DNA of 64,000 nucleotides from Candidatus Omnitrophota bacterium (GCA_945877765.1 CAMDWQ010000012.1:1-64000), one strand, 5' to 3'. Positions 16,242 to 27,030 are shown, counted from the stretch's first letter. Made by a program: numbers and translations. Notes: generated from the sequence alone by a model not told the origin.

Positions 16242-17425
16242 CAGTGTGTCCTGGGAAGTCTCGGGGAGGGTGTGGCCCCTTTCTTACGAAATAACCGCTC
16301 TTTTGCCAACTTTGCAAAAACATTAAACGCATTTCTTTCGCGGAATTTTACGGCAAGCTTAATGGTCTCAATCACTGCCCATACCGCATAGACCACTGTA
16401 ATTTCTTCGCGGATGCCAGGAAAAAAGAACTGCGCAATCCACAAAACAAAGAGCCCTACCGCTTCCCGCCAATTAAAATCCATGCTCGCCAGAAAAAGAA
16501 ACCCCAGATAGGACTGCACGATCGTCAAAAGAATCTCCAGTTGTTGATGAGAATCAAACACGATCGGATTAGAAGACTTTGTCGCATAAGCAAAAATAAA
16601 AGGAATAGTAGCCACCAGGATCGTCCATTGATTGATCGAGGAAGAAACAAAATTCGTCAGTGCCATAGGCGCTTTGGATACTTTGCGGGCCCAATGAAAA
16701 GCGGAAAGTTTTTCAGGAAACTCGCTTAAGAAAGGCGCCATCCATTGGACAAATACAAACTGTGAAATCCCAAAAGTGACCGCCAGCGCCAGCATGGAAT
16801 CAAGAAATGGATGCGCGCCAAACCAAAGAATCAGCGTCCCTGTTGCCAGCAAAGCAAATATCGCAAAATAGCTGCGCGGCTTGCCTAGCTTCATCACCCA
16901 GCGCGGAACACGGCCCAAGTCCTCAAGTCCTTCGGCATCCTGAGGAGGCATGAGCGATAGGAGGTAAAGGTAAAAGAAATAGATCGCGGCCAGCGCTACC
17001 CCATCCCACATCGAAAGCGTTGCTTTCAAATAAATCCACACAAAATAAGCCAGCGCCGGCAATAGCGCCAGCACCGTGATGGAATGCTCCTCTTCCATTT
17101 GAATCGCCATCAATTCTTTCTTGCCTGTCTTTTTTTGTCGAAAGTACCAAGCAACAAAGTACACCATCGGCCAGCCCAGGCCGACAAAAAGACGCAAAGA
17201 TCCCGTAAAATTGGCAGTAATCAAATGCATTTGCTCAGGATTAGTGGCCGCTTCCATCGTGATGGCGGCCTCCACGGCAAACTCAGGAAGAGTCTGCACC
17301 CACGCCAGCACCGCCAGCGCCAGCCCTTGCGAAATATAAAATTGACCGCACTCCGCCGCCCAGGCAATAAGAATTGCCGCGAATATGATTGCCGGAAATG
17401 TCCAAAGGGCGTGTAAGGATTCCAT
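16241..17425 (-). CDS. Sodium:calcium (CaCA) antiporter family protein
   Basis: Alpha-repeats TLPEF and SEFPE; about 11 TM segments. Confidence 0.8.
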   Translation of the reverse strand: MESLHALWTFPAIIFAAILIAWAAECGQFYISQGLALAVLAWVQTLPEFAVEAAITMEAATNPEQMHLITANFTGSLRLFVGLGWPMVYFVAWYFRQKKTGKKELMAIQMEEEHSITVLALLPALAYFVWIYLKATLSMWDGVALAAIYFFYLYLLSLMPPQDAEGLEDLGRVPRWVMKLGKPRSYFAIFALLATGTLILWFGAHPFLDSMLALAVTFGISQFVFVQWMAPFLSEFPEKLSAFHWARKVSKAPMALTNFVSSSINQWTILVATIPFIFAYATKSSNPIVFDSHQQLEILLTIVQSYLGFLFLASMDFNWREAVGLFVLWIAQFFFPGIREEITVVYAVWAVIETIKLAVKFRERNAFNVFAKLAKERLFRKKGATPSPRLPRTH

Positions 17426-17514
17426 AGGGTTCTTATCATAGCATGAGGCCTGACAGCTGTCACTTTTTTGGGAGTTTAATGGCTGGCAGCGGCCTGGTTT
17501 TTAAGCGTACTGCT

Positions 17515-18348
17515 TTAAAATTGGTTGGTTAAATTCGCCCATTCCTGCAAAGTAAGCGTTTCCGGCCGGCGCATGGGGTCTACACCAATGGCGCGAAGCG
17601 TCGCATCTAGGTTTTTTTTTGAAAACACAGCGTCCTCATCAGAAGCCAGCGCATTTAAGAGCGTTTTTCGCCTTTTTTGGAAAGCTCGGCGGACAATCGA
17701 AAAGAAAAGAGCTGTATTCTTCACTTCATGCTCCGCTTTTTTAAGAAAAGTAAGACGTATCACCGCCGAATCCACTTTAGGCGCGGGAGAAAACGAAGCA
17801 GCTTTTATTCTTTTTAAAATCGAAACTTCCGCGTGATACCGCAAAAAAACAGATAGCGGCCCCCAGGCTTTAGTGCCGGGCTTTGCTTCCAACCGTTCGG
17901 CTACCTCCCACTGGACCGTCAGCACAGCCGCCAACACAAAATCCTTCTGGAGAATTAACCATTCGAGAATTGGGCTTGTGATGTTATAGGGAATATTGGC
18001 ACACACTTGAACCGGCAAGCCGCCAGATAAATCAGAAATCTTCGTTTCTAAGATATCCCCCTCCACGACCTGGAATTTTTTATTTTTAAAATAGTTTTTT
18101 AGAAAATCAACGTAAGCCGGATCCTTTTCCACCGCGATGACATCGGCCCCGTGACTTAGCAAGAAGCGTGTCAAAAAACCAAGTCCCGGCCCGATCTCTA
18201 TCACTTTTTCGTCTTTTTTAAAATTGGGCGTATTGGCAATAAACTCAAGCACGCCTTCATCTACCATAAAATTCTGCCCGAGTTTTTTCCGAGCGGCGGC
18301 TTCAAGATTGCGAAGCAGGTACTTGGCTTCTTCTTTAAGTTCGGGCAT
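17515..18348 (-). CDS. rsmA: 16S rRNA dimethyltransferase RsmA/KsgA (start re-called to MPELK)
   Basis: KKLGQNF, EIGPGLG, NIPYNIT, PKVDSAV. Confidence 0.95.
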   Translation of the reverse strand: MPELKEEAKYLLRNLEAAARKKLGQNFMVDEGVLEFIANTPNFKKDEKVIEIGPGLGFLTRFLLSHGADVIAVEKDPAYVDFLKNYFKNKKFQVVEGDILETKISDLSGGLPVQVCANIPYNITSPILEWLILQKDFVLAAVLTVQWEVAERLEAKPGTKAWGPLSVFLRYHAEVSILKRIKAASFSPAPKVDSAVIRLTFLKKAEHEVKNTALFFSIVRRAFQKRRKTLLNALASDEDAVFSKKNLDATLRAIGVDPMRRPETLTLQEWANLTNQF

Positions 18349-19369
18349 GGCGTTTTCGGTGGGCAGAAATTTGAATGGCAAGGCGTATCGCTTCCAGCAT
18401 AGACCCGGGATCCGCTTTAAAGCTCGAAGCAATGTCATACGCGGTGCCATGATCAGGCGATGTCCGCACAAAAGGAAGGCCCAGCGTCACGTTCACTCCA
18501 TGACCGCGAGAAATCATCTTTAGCGGAATCAACCCCTGGTCGTGGTACATACAAATCTGGGCGTCATATTTCCCCTGATAAGCATCATAAAAAAGCGCAT
18601 CAGGCGATAAAGGGCCCGTGACAACTCCTTTGATCTTTTTTTTAGCTGAGATAACCGCGGGACGAATCTGTTCAATTTCTTCACGGCCAAAACTTCCCTT
18701 TTCGCCCGCGTGAGGATTTAACCCGCAAACCACCAGTCGAGGCCTTTGAATTCCAAACGATCGACGCAGCTCAAAATCAGCCATCAGGATGGTTTCCTCG
18801 ACTCTATTTTTTAAAATTTTTGAGGGCACATCTTTTATCGCCACGTGCCGCGTCACCAACACCGTTCGAAGTGGTCCGCCAACGAGCATCATTTCATATT
18901 TTTTTGTTCCCGAAAGCTCGGCTAAGTACTCCGTGTGACCCGGCATCATAAAACCAGCCTTCTTTAAGCCAGCCTTGTTAATGGGCGCCGTCACAATGGC
19001 TTCAACCTTCCCTTGCATGGCAAGACTAGCCGCCAGATCAATCGATGCTACCGCCAAACGTGTCTGCGCGTCGACCGATCGGCCCAACACCACTTTTTTG
19101 GAGTAAGCCCTATCAAAAAAATAAACTAAAGGGATTTTGACTGATAGCTTTCGCAGAAGCTGGGAATAAATCGTTTCAGGTCCCAATAAAACAATATTTT
19201 TTCTTTCAAAGGGAGTGAGCCGGGCAAGCGCTTTTAGAGTTACTTCGGGACCGATGCCGCCGGGGTCTCCCAACGTGATGGCAACTCGCCAGGCTGCGCC
19301 CTGAGCCTGTCGAAGGGCGGAGTGCTGAGCCTGCCGAAGCGCAAAGTCCTGAGCCTGTCGAAGGATCAC
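18335..19369 (-). CDS. pdxA: 4-hydroxythreonine-4-phosphate dehydrogenase
   Basis: GDPGGIGPE, GHTEYL, GLNPHAGE, YHDQG, RTSPDHGTA. Confidence 0.95.
   Translation of the reverse strand: MILRQAQDFALRQAQHSALRQAQGAAWRVAITLGDPGGIGPEVTLKALARLTPFERKNIVLLGPETIYSQLLRKLSVKIPLVYFFDRAYSKKVVLGRSVDAQTRLAVASIDLAASLAMQGKVEAIVTAPINKAGLKKAGFMMPGHTEYLAELSGTKKYEMMLVGGPLRTVLVTRHVAIKDVPSKILKNRVEETILMADFELRRSFGIQRPRLVVCGLNPHAGEKGSFGREEIEQIRPAVISAKKKIKGVVTGPLSPDALFYDAYQGKYDAQICMYHDQGLIPLKMISRGHGVNVTLGLPFVRTSPDHGTAYDIASSFKADPGSMLEAIRLAIQISAHRKRHART
19301..19363. repeat. Three 24-bp-period CTGAGCCTG(T/C)CGAAG repeats translated as LRQAQ
   Basis: Copies start at 19301, 19325, 19349. Confidence 0.85.
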
Positions 19370-20331
19370 GAGCGAATCGAGATATAGGCGTTTTTACGCA
19401 GGCCGGCTATCCAAGTGTCGATTCTTCTTTTTACTTTCTCTTTAAAAATTAAATCCTGAATCTGATCGCGCACCTCTGCTAGCGGTTTTGCGGAAGCAGC
19501 CTGCTTCTCAGTGACTTTAAAGAGATGGTAACCAAGAGCACTTTTGATGGGTGGTGTCGTTTCGCCTAGAGGAATTAAAAAAACTTTTTCATCAATTTCT
19601 CCCAGCAGCTGCCCTTTCTCTACCCAACCCATTTCACCGCCGGCCTTGGCTTCAGTGCCTTCCGAGTAGGTTTTCGCCAACTCTTCAAACGGCTTACCCT
19701 CTTTAATTTGCGCGGCAAGGCTATCGGCAAATACTTTTGCTTCCTCGGCTGAGCGCGAACCCTCTCGCACAAGGATTTGCTGGAGTTTGACACGCTCGTT
19801 TTGGGTAAAATCAGACTCATGCGCCTTGTAATGAGCGCTAATTTCTCCCGGAGACACAGACACTTTGGACCGCACCTCATAATTGACAAATTTTTGAGTC
19901 ATCGTCTGATCGTGAAACCGGTTCCATAACCGCTTTTCGGTCAACCCCTGATCGTCCAGCGCTTTCAAAAATTGTTCGCGGTCGGGAAATTTATTACGTA
20001 CTTCCGTCAGCATCTCATCCACTTCGATATCCTTGACGATCACCAATTTTCTTTTTGCTTCGCTTAAGATTAGTTTATCCTCAATCAGTTTATTTAAAAA
20101 TTCCTGCCTGGCGGATTTAAGCCTGGCATCGAGTTCCCCGCCAGTATAAAGCGTCCTGAATTGAGCCGACACCGGAGCCATCACTAAATCTAGATCATGG
20201 TCGGTAATAATCTCATCGTTAACGACGGCGACAATTCGCTCAATGACCTCGTTAGCCCTAGCGGGGACCGCTGCAAAGAAGCATCCCGCAAAAAGAAGGC
20301 CCAATAGAATAGAATGTGTATTTTTTTTCAT
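19366..20331 (-). CDS. surA: SurA-like peptidyl-prolyl isomerase/chaperone
   Basis: IVAVVNDEIIT SurA N-domain plus parvulin domain; upstream of pdxA-rsmA. Confidence 0.85.
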   Translation of the reverse strand: MKKNTHSILLGLLFAGCFFAAVPARANEVIERIVAVVNDEIITDHDLDLVMAPVSAQFRTLYTGGELDARLKSARQEFLNKLIEDKLILSEAKRKLVIVKDIEVDEMLTEVRNKFPDREQFLKALDDQGLTEKRLWNRFHDQTMTQKFVNYEVRSKVSVSPGEISAHYKAHESDFTQNERVKLQQILVREGSRSAEEAKVFADSLAAQIKEGKPFEELAKTYSEGTEAKAGGEMGWVEKGQLLGEIDEKVFLIPLGETTPPIKSALGYHLFKVTEKQAASAKPLAEVRDQIQDLIFKEKVKRRIDTWIAGLRKNAYISIRS

Positions 20332-21185
20332 GATTTTAGTTTCAGGGCTTCCAGTTTCTTCTCATCCACATCCACCCTGACGTTTCCTTTCAGTTTTTCC
20401 ACCAGCGCCCTAAAAGCCCTGGATCTTTTTTCGCTGACAAGCCGTTGCTCGACAAGACCTTTCACATCACGAAATTCTCTTAAAGTTGGCTCGAGACTAT
20501 CCGTCAATCGGATCACATGGTATCCAAACGGAGACTTAATCGGGCCGTTTAACTCCCCCTTCTTCATCTTAAAAACAACTTCCTCAAACTCGGGCACAAA
20601 ACGCCCTTTTTGAAAAAAACCAAGATCCCCTCCACGAATCGCCGTCGCGTCCAACGAATTCCGGCGGGCCATGTCCTCAAAATCAGCCCCTTGCAAAATA
20701 GCTTCTTTGATCAAAGCCGCTTCTTGCTCGGTTTTGACAAGGATATGCGACGCGCGCAGAGTCAGCGTCGTCATAAATTCCTCTTTGTGGGACTGATAGT
20801 ATTTCTGCGCTTCGTCAGCACCCAGCACTATTTTATCATCCACTTCCTTCTCTACCAAACGCGCAATTAGGATCTTGCGATGAGCCGATTCCAGAAGCGC
20901 TTGGACTTCGGGGTCCTTTTCAAGGTTGCGCTTTTTAGCTTCCTTGCTTAAAAAATGTTCCGCCACTAGGTCCTCCAGAAATTCTTTTTTCCGGCGAATG
21001 ACAAAATTCTGCACATCCTTGGGCATTCCTTCAATCCTTTGGATAAATTCCGTGTCCGTGAGGGTTACGCCGTCAAAACGAGCCAACACGGCGCCGCCCG
21101 AAGATTTGGACGAGCATCCGATTAGAAATAAAGCTAAAATGAAGAAGGAGATTTTTTTCATTGGCATGCTGATATTGGGTTCCAA
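20328..21185 (-). CDS. PpiC/PrsA-type peptidyl-prolyl isomerase lipoprotein
   Basis: Lipobox LIGC, ASHILV, GGDLG, FGYHVI. Confidence 0.88.
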   Translation of the reverse strand: MEPNISMPMKKISFFILALFLIGCSSKSSGGAVLARFDGVTLTDTEFIQRIEGMPKDVQNFVIRRKKEFLEDLVAEHFLSKEAKKRNLEKDPEVQALLESAHRKILIARLVEKEVDDKIVLGADEAQKYYQSHKEEFMTTLTLRASHILVKTEQEAALIKEAILQGADFEDMARRNSLDATAIRGGDLGFFQKGRFVPEFEEVVFKMKKGELNGPIKSPFGYHVIRLTDSLEPTLREFRDVKGLVEQRLVSEKRSRAFRALVEKLKGNVRVDVDEKKLEALKLKS

Positions 21186-21206
21186 TATACCACTTTCATT
21201 GTTTCC

Positions 21207-23120
21207 TTAGGAACTTTTCTTAAGCGCTTGCACGGTTTCTCTCAATATCCGACAATACAAATCAAAGCCAATGCTTGAAATATAGCCGTGCTGCTCGGTC
21301 CCAAGAATGTTCCCCGCGCCGCGAATCTCAAGGTCTTCCATCGCCACATTAAAACCGGAGCCTAAATAGCTAAATTTTTCAATGGCGGTAAGCTTCCGAC
21401 GGGACTCTTCGGTCAAAATGGTGCCCTTGGGCACCAACAGATAAGCATACGCGCTACGGTCAAACCTTCCCACTCTCCCCCTGAGCTGGTACAGCTCCGA
21501 TAGCCCAAAGTGGTCTGCTCGATTAATGATCAGCGTATTAGCATTGGGAATATCGATTCCCGATTCAACGATCGTCGTAGACACCAACACATCCACTTCT
21601 CCGTGAATAAATTTTTTCATGACGTCCTCCAGTATCCGCGAGGGCATCTGCCCATGCCCCATGGCGATCCTAGCCCCGGGAACCAACTGGGATATTTTTT
21701 TAACAATTCCCTCAATTCCTTTGACGCGATTATGAATAAAAAAAACCTGCCCCTTGCGCGAGAGCTCTTTAAGTATCGCCTGCCGAATGACCGCATCGCT
21801 GGCTTCCATCACCATGGTCTTTACGGGTTTGCGTCCGGCAGGCGGCGTGTTGATCGTCGACATATCCCGGGTCCCCACCAAGGACATGTAAAGCGTACGC
21901 GGAATCGGCGTCGCGGTAAGCGTCAAGACATCCACCACAAGCCTTAATTTTTTTAAATGCTCTTTGTGCCGCACCCCAAAACGTTGTTCCTCATCAATCA
22001 CGACCAGTCCCAAGTTTTTAAAGGACACATCCCGCGACAAAAGACGGTGAGTGCCAATCACGATGTCACATCCTCCGCTTTGGATCGCCGCCACGGATTC
22101 TTTAAGCTGGCTGGGCGTCTGGAAACGAGAAAGCATGCGAATCGACACGGGGAAATTTTTCATCCGTTGGCTGAATGTTTCATAGTGTTGCTCCGCCAAA
22201 AGTGTGGTCGGCACAAGAATGGCCACCTGCCGCCCGCCCATGACGACCTTAAACGCGGCGCGCAAAGCGACCTCCGTCTTCCCATAACCCACGTCCCCAC
22301 ACAACAACCGGTCCATGGGTGCCGCCGATTCCAGATCCGCCTTCACCGCTTCAAGCGCCTTTTCCTGATCCGGTGTTTCTTGGTAAGGAAATTCGTCTTC
22401 CAGTTTTTTTTGCCATTCGGTGTCGGGCGCAAAACGATGGCCCTGGAGCAAGCGCCGCTTCGCTTGCACGTCCAACAGTTCCGTGGCAAAAGAAAGCACC
22501 CCTTTTTGAGTTTTTTCCTTTAATTTTTCCCAAACTTTAGAACCAAGACGCGACAAATCGGGCCGTATCTTTCCAAAAGCAATGTAGCGCTGAATCAAAT
22601 GCAAATCTCGCAGAGGCACGTACAGAAAATTCTTCTGGGCAAATTCCAAAGCCAGATGATCGCCTTCCTCAAGATCCTGTTGATTCTTAATTTTTTTTAT
22701 GCCGCGAAATCGTGAAATACCGTGAAGCACATGAACCACCAAATCCCCCGGTTCAATATCAACAAAAGGGTCTAGCGGCGCTTCATAGCCTTGTACTGAA
22801 AGAAATTCCTTGGGTCGGACATGTTTGCCCTGGTGAGAGCCGCTTTTAATCGGCAAGATCATCAACATCTGATGAGGCTCAAGACGCTGCCCCGTCTGGG
22901 GGTCGTAGGTATAAATACTTTCAACAAGATCGTGATTGAGCTCCATGCGGACAGGCAGAGAAAAATGGGTAGGGAAAATATCGACGATACTGCCGCGAAT
23001 GCCAAAGTCGCCCTCGACAGCCGGCAATTCACAGCGGCGGTAACCAAATCCAATCAAAGTGCGGGCAATGGTTTCAAATTGAATCTGTTTGCCGGAATAA
23101 AACTCAAGAGTTTCAAACAT
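21207..23120 (-). CDS. mfd: Transcription-repair coupling factor Mfd, short form
   Basis: UvrB-homology segment (RGSIVDIFP), Car[30 protein letters not shown] motif DLEIRGAGN. Confidence 0.92.
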   Translation of the reverse strand: MFETLEFYSGKQIQFETIARTLIGFGYRRCELPAVEGDFGIRGSIVDIFPTHFSLPVRMELNHDLVESIYTYDPQTGQRLEPHQMLMILPIKSGSHQGKHVRPKEFLSVQGYEAPLDPFVDIEPGDLVVHVLHGISRFRGIKKIKNQQDLEEGDHLALEFAQKNFLYVPLRDLHLIQRYIAFGKIRPDLSRLGSKVWEKLKEKTQKGVLSFATELLDVQAKRRLLQGHRFAPDTEWQKKLEDEFPYQETPDQEKALEAVKADLESAAPMDRLLCGDVGYGKTEVALRAAFKVVMGGRQVAILVPTTLLAEQHYETFSQRMKNFPVSIRMLSRFQTPSQLKESVAAIQSGGCDIVIGTHRLLSRDVSFKNLGLVVIDEEQRFGVRHKEHLKKLRLVVDVLTLTATPIPRTLYMSLVGTRDMSTINTPPAGRKPVKTMVMEASDAVIRQAILKELSRKGQVFFIHNRVKGIEGIVKKISQLVPGARIAMGHGQMPSRILEDVMKKFIHGEVDVLVSTTIVESGIDIPNANTLIINRADHFGLSELYQLRGRVGRFDRSAYAYLLVPKGTILTEESRRKLTAIEKFSYLGSGFNVAMEDLEIRGAGNILGTEQHGYISSIGFDLYCRILRETVQALKKSS

Positions 23121-23126
23121 CGTAGA

Positions 23127-24830
23127 CTACATTTTTAGAGGAGCGGAAACCCCCAGAAGCCCGAGGCCCTGGCGCAATACCAACTGCGTGCAGTCAATCA
23201 ACACCAACCGCGCCGCCGTCAATTCATCATCTTCGGTCACCACACGGTTCTCCGCATAAAAGCGATGGAAGGCAGCTGCCAGCTCCATCAAGTAAGGCAC
23301 CAGGCGGTAGGGCTCAAGGGTATTGGCCGCGCCTAGCACGGCCTCCCCAAAACCGGACAATAGCTGCATCAGGCGTATCTCTTGAGCGCTAGAAAGCTTG
23401 TTTAAAATTGGGGGCGCCACTGCCTCTGAAAAAGCGCTGGGCAGAGCCCCTGTTTTTTCCTTAAAAGCATTTTTAATACTTTCAATTCTCGCGTGGGCAT
23501 ACTGAATGTAAAAAGCGGGGTTTTCCGGCGTCTGGCTCTTGGCAAGCGCCAGATCAAAATCAAGATGCGCATCAAATTTTCTCATTACAAAAAAGAACCG
23601 TCCCGCATCTTTTCCCACCTCGTCCAAAATCTGCCGAAGGGTCACAAACTCCCCCGCCCGCGTCGACATACGTACCTGCTTATCCCCTTCAAACAAGGTA
23701 ACCAATTGCGCAATCAGCACCCGGACTTGGTTCGGATCATGCCCCAGCGCCGCCTGGGAGGCCTTTAGACGCGCAATATACCCGTGATGGTCAGGCCCCA
23801 AAATATCGATAATCTCGTCGAACCCACGCTTAAACTTCTCGTGGTGGTAAGCAATGTCCGGAGTCAGATAGGTGTAGCTCTTATCGCTTTTAATCAACAC
23901 ACGATCTTTGTCATCGCCAAAATCAGTCGAGCGCAGCCACACCGCCCCTTCGCCTTCATAGACAACCCCTTTATCCTTAAGTTCCTGGAGAGTTTTTTCA
24001 ACTTTCCCAGAAGTGCCGAGCTCCTTCTGGCTGTAATAATGATCGAAGGTGACGCTAAAATCCGCCAAGTCCTTCTGAATCCCTAAAAAAATAGTGTCTT
24101 TGGAATAATCGGTACAAAGCGCCAGGCGTTCTGCGGTCGGCATTTGGCGTAGCTTATCGGCGCCCTGCTCGGCAATCAGCTTTTCGGCAATAGCCGCTAG
24201 GTAATCGCCTCGGTAATAATTTTCAGGAATTTCGTTCGAAGTTCCCGTCAATTTTTCTTCCACGCGGAAATCCAAAGACTTTCCCAATGTCTGAATTTGC
24301 ACGCCCTCGTCGTTGTTATAATATTCCTTGGTAACGCGGTGACCGCAAAATTGGAGAATCTTGGCCAGTGCATCCCCCAGCGCCGCTTGTCGTCCGTGGG
24401 CAACCGTCAAAGGTCCGGTGGGATTAGCGCTGACAAATTCCAGGAGAATGTTTCTTTTGGTTTCCGGCACCAAGCGTCCAAAATCAGCCCGTTCTTTTTT
24501 AATCCGGTTCAAAACGCCGGTAATCTGGTCTCTGGTATAGTAAAAATTAATAAAGCCGGGACCCTCCACCGCAATCTTCTCCAAACCACTGGCTAGCGTT
24601 GAGGCTTGTATCGCCTGCCAGAGTTCTTTTGAAAAAGTTTCCGCTAGGGCACGCGGCGGTCTTTTGGTCTCTTTGGCAATTTTTAAAATTAGGTGAGTCG
24701 AGAGATCCCCAAATTTTTCCTCCTTGGGAACTTGAAGCGATGCTTCCACTTCCGCTTCGGAGATAGAAACGGGGTAAGCTTTTAATGTTTCCAAAAAAAG
24801 ATGGGTAAGTTGTTTTCTGACGTCGTTCAT
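23127..24830 (-). CDS. argS: Arginine-tRNA ligase
   Basis: EFVSANPTGPL, MSTRAG, YIQYAHAR. Confidence 0.97.
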   Translation of the reverse strand: MNDVRKQLTHLFLETLKAYPVSISEAEVEASLQVPKEEKFGDLSTHLILKIAKETKRPPRALAETFSKELWQAIQASTLASGLEKIAVEGPGFINFYYTRDQITGVLNRIKKERADFGRLVPETKRNILLEFVSANPTGPLTVAHGRQAALGDALAKILQFCGHRVTKEYYNNDEGVQIQTLGKSLDFRVEEKLTGTSNEIPENYYRGDYLAAIAEKLIAEQGADKLRQMPTAERLALCTDYSKDTIFLGIQKDLADFSVTFDHYYSQKELGTSGKVEKTLQELKDKGVVYEGEGAVWLRSTDFGDDKDRVLIKSDKSYTYLTPDIAYHHEKFKRGFDEIIDILGPDHHGYIARLKASQAALGHDPNQVRVLIAQLVTLFEGDKQVRMSTRAGEFVTLRQILDEVGKDAGRFFFVMRKFDAHLDFDLALAKSQTPENPAFYIQYAHARIESIKNAFKEKTGALPSAFSEAVAPPILNKLSSAQEIRLMQLLSGFGEAVLGAANTLEPYRLVPYLMELAAAFHRFYAENRVVTEDDELTAARLVLIDCTQLVLRQGLGLLGVSAPLKM

Positions 24831-24832
24831 GA

Positions 24833-25189
24833 TTATCCGGCGTTATTTAAATATTTCTTTTTAGGAGCGTCGCCCCAGAGGTTTTCAATGTCATAATATC
24901 TTCTCACATCATTATAAAATACGTGCACCACGACATCCCCATAATCCATCAAAATCCACTGCGCGTCACGATAGCCTTCTTTATGCCTGACACGCAAACC
25001 TTCTTCCTTTTCCATGGTATCTTCAATGTGGTCTGCAATTGTTTTCACGCGTACGGATGAAGGCGCTCCCATCAGGATGAAATATTCGCATATCGTGGAG
25101 CGTTGACCCATCTCCATCACGACAATATCCTCGGCCTTGCGGTCGTAGGCAGTTTTACAGATCAATTCAATCTTCTTCTTTGTGTCGAT
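24833..25189 (-). CDS. rsfS: Ribosome silencing factor RsfS (probable ATC start)
   Basis: KAEDI, WILMDYGDVVVHVF, YDIENLW; GGAGG 6 nt upstream of an in-frame ATC. Confidence 0.9.
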   Translation of the reverse strand: MDTKKKIELICKTAYDRKAEDIVVMEMGQRSTICEYFILMGAPSSVRVKTIADHIEDTMEKEEGLRVRHKEGYRDAQWILMDYGDVVVHVFYNDVRRYYDIENLWGDAPKKKYLNNAG

Positions 25190-25209
25190 GTCAGACCTCC
25201 GCTATTTTA

Positions 25210-25776
25210 TTATTTTGAAAAATATTTTTTTAGATCCGCCGCAATAGCCTTTGGCACCAAATCTTGAACTGACTTTTTAGCACGCAGCCGCTTCCTGAGC
25301 CCCGAGGAAGAGACATCCAAAGCTTCAAATGGCAACTGCAGTACGGGGAAATGGGTATTCTCCCATTGAAACCCAGGACGCGAAGCCACGACGAAGTTGC
25401 AGAGCTTAAAAATTTTCTCCACCGACTTCCACTGCGATAAATTTTTCAAGGAATCCAGCCCGGCTAAAAAATATATCTTTGCATTTTTGCCAACCTTACG
25501 TCTAAAAAAATTTAAGGTGTCCACCGTATAAGATTTCCCGCCGCGGTCAATCTCACAGGTTGAAACTGAGAAATCGGGATAGGTTTTAAGCGATTTTTTT
25601 AAGAGTTGTACACGAAAAGACGCCGGCAGTAGGTCCTTGTCGGACTTAAGCGGCGGTTGGAATGACGGGACAAAATAAACATGGCTCAAGTTTAGCTGGG
25701 AAAATGCCGACTCAGCAAGCGCCAGATGACCGCAGTGCACGGGGTTAAAGCTTCCACCAAAAACGCCGATACGCAT
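25210..25776 (-). CDS. nadD: Nicotinate-nucleotide adenylyltransferase
   Basis: GGSFNPVHCGH, SYTVDT, VSSS. Confidence 0.95.
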   Translation of the reverse strand: MRIGVFGGSFNPVHCGHLALAESAFSQLNLSHVYFVPSFQPPLKSDKDLLPASFRVQLLKKSLKTYPDFSVSTCEIDRGGKSYTVDTLNFFRRKVGKNAKIYFLAGLDSLKNLSQWKSVEKIFKLCNFVVASRPGFQWENTHFPVLQLPFEALDVSSSGLRKRLRAKKSVQDLVPKAIAADLKKYFSK

Positions 25777-27029
25777 TACGAACGAACCTGCCCCGTTCCG
25801 GTGACCACGTATTTATAGGAAGTAAGCTCTTCTAGGCCCATAGGACCGCGCGCATGAAGCTTATCGGTTGAAATGCCCATCTCGGCTCCCATACCAAACT
25901 CTCCCCCATCATTAAAACGAGTGGAGGCGTTCACAAAGACACAGGCGCTATCAACGGATGAGGTAAAAAAATCGGCTGTTTTTTTATCTTGAGTCACAAT
26001 CGCATCCGAGTGACGCGATCCGTATTTCTGAATGTGTGCCACCGCGGCCTTGGCGTCCTTGACAACCCGCACTGCAAGAATCAAATCAAGATACTCCGCA
26101 TGCCAGTCTTCCTCGGATGCTTTTTTGGCATCGGGAATAAGTTTGAGCGTTTTTTGGTCGCCTCTGATTTCAACGTTTTTTTGGCGCAGCTCGAGTGCCA
26201 GTGTCGGCAAAAAAGAGACCGCCACCGCTTCGTCCACAAGCAAAGTTTCCATTGCGTTGCAAACCCCTGGATTTTGGGTTTTAGCGTTGATCACAATCGA
26301 GGCTGCTTTTTTTAAATCTGCTTTTTTGTCCACAAACACATGGCAGACGCCCTTGTAGTGCTTAATCACCGGAATTTTCGAAACTTTCGCCACTTGTCGG
26401 ATCAACCCTTCCCCGCCGCGTGGAATCACAAGGTCGATAGACTCGCTCAAAGTCAGAAGTTTTTTTACCGACTGACGGTCTCGGGTTGTCACAAGCCCAA
26501 AAGCGCCGGCTGGCACCCCTATTTTTAAAGCCGCTTTTTTGAGGACATTAAATAGAATACGGTTTGATTGCAGCGCTTCGCTGCCGCCTTTTAAAATCAC
26601 ACCATTCCCTGACTTAAGGCAGAGCGCCATACAATCAGCAGTGACATTAGGACGTGATTCATAAATAATTAAAATGACACCCAGCGGCACTCCGACCTTC
26701 TGAATAAGCAAACCATTAGGTCTCTTGCGTGACCAAATCACACGATTCACCGGGTCTTGGAGGCTGGCAATGAGATTAAGAGAATCGGACATCCCCTGGA
26801 TTTTTTTGTCGCTAAGCTCAAGACGGCTGACTAGACTCGCCGCTAGGCCTTTATTTTTAGCAGCCTCAACGTCTTTTTTATTTTCATTCAAAATCATATC
26901 TTGATTCTTCAGAACAGCGGCAGCCATGGCTTTCAGCGCGGCATTTTTTATTGCAGAGGGTAAAAGCGAAAGTGGGTACGACGCCTTTTTGGCTAGAGCG
27001 GCGATCGCGCTCATTGAGGAGACATCCAT
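25776..27029 (-). CDS. proA: Gamma-glutamyl phosphate reductase
   Basis: YESRPNVT, CNAMET, NASTRF, KLHARGP. Confidence 0.97.
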   Translation of the reverse strand: MDVSSMSAIAALAKKASYPLSLLPSAIKNAALKAMAAAVLKNQDMILNENKKDVEAAKNKGLAASLVSRLELSDKKIQGMSDSLNLIASLQDPVNRVIWSRKRPNGLLIQKVGVPLGVILIIYESRPNVTADCMALCLKSGNGVILKGGSEALQSNRILFNVLKKAALKIGVPAGAFGLVTTRDRQSVKKLLTLSESIDLVIPRGGEGLIRQVAKVSKIPVIKHYKGVCHVFVDKKADLKKAASIVINAKTQNPGVCNAMETLLVDEAVAVSFLPTLALELRQKNVEIRGDQKTLKLIPDAKKASEEDWHAEYLDLILAVRVVKDAKAAVAHIQKYGSRHSDAIVTQDKKTADFFTSSVDSACVFVNASTRFNDGGEFGMGAEMGISTDKLHARGPMGLEELTSYKYVVTGTGQVRS

Positions 27030-27030
27030 C

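Noticed and set aside
23411-23450. GC-rich hairpin within argS
   Set aside because: Short stems, single occurrence, compatible with chance
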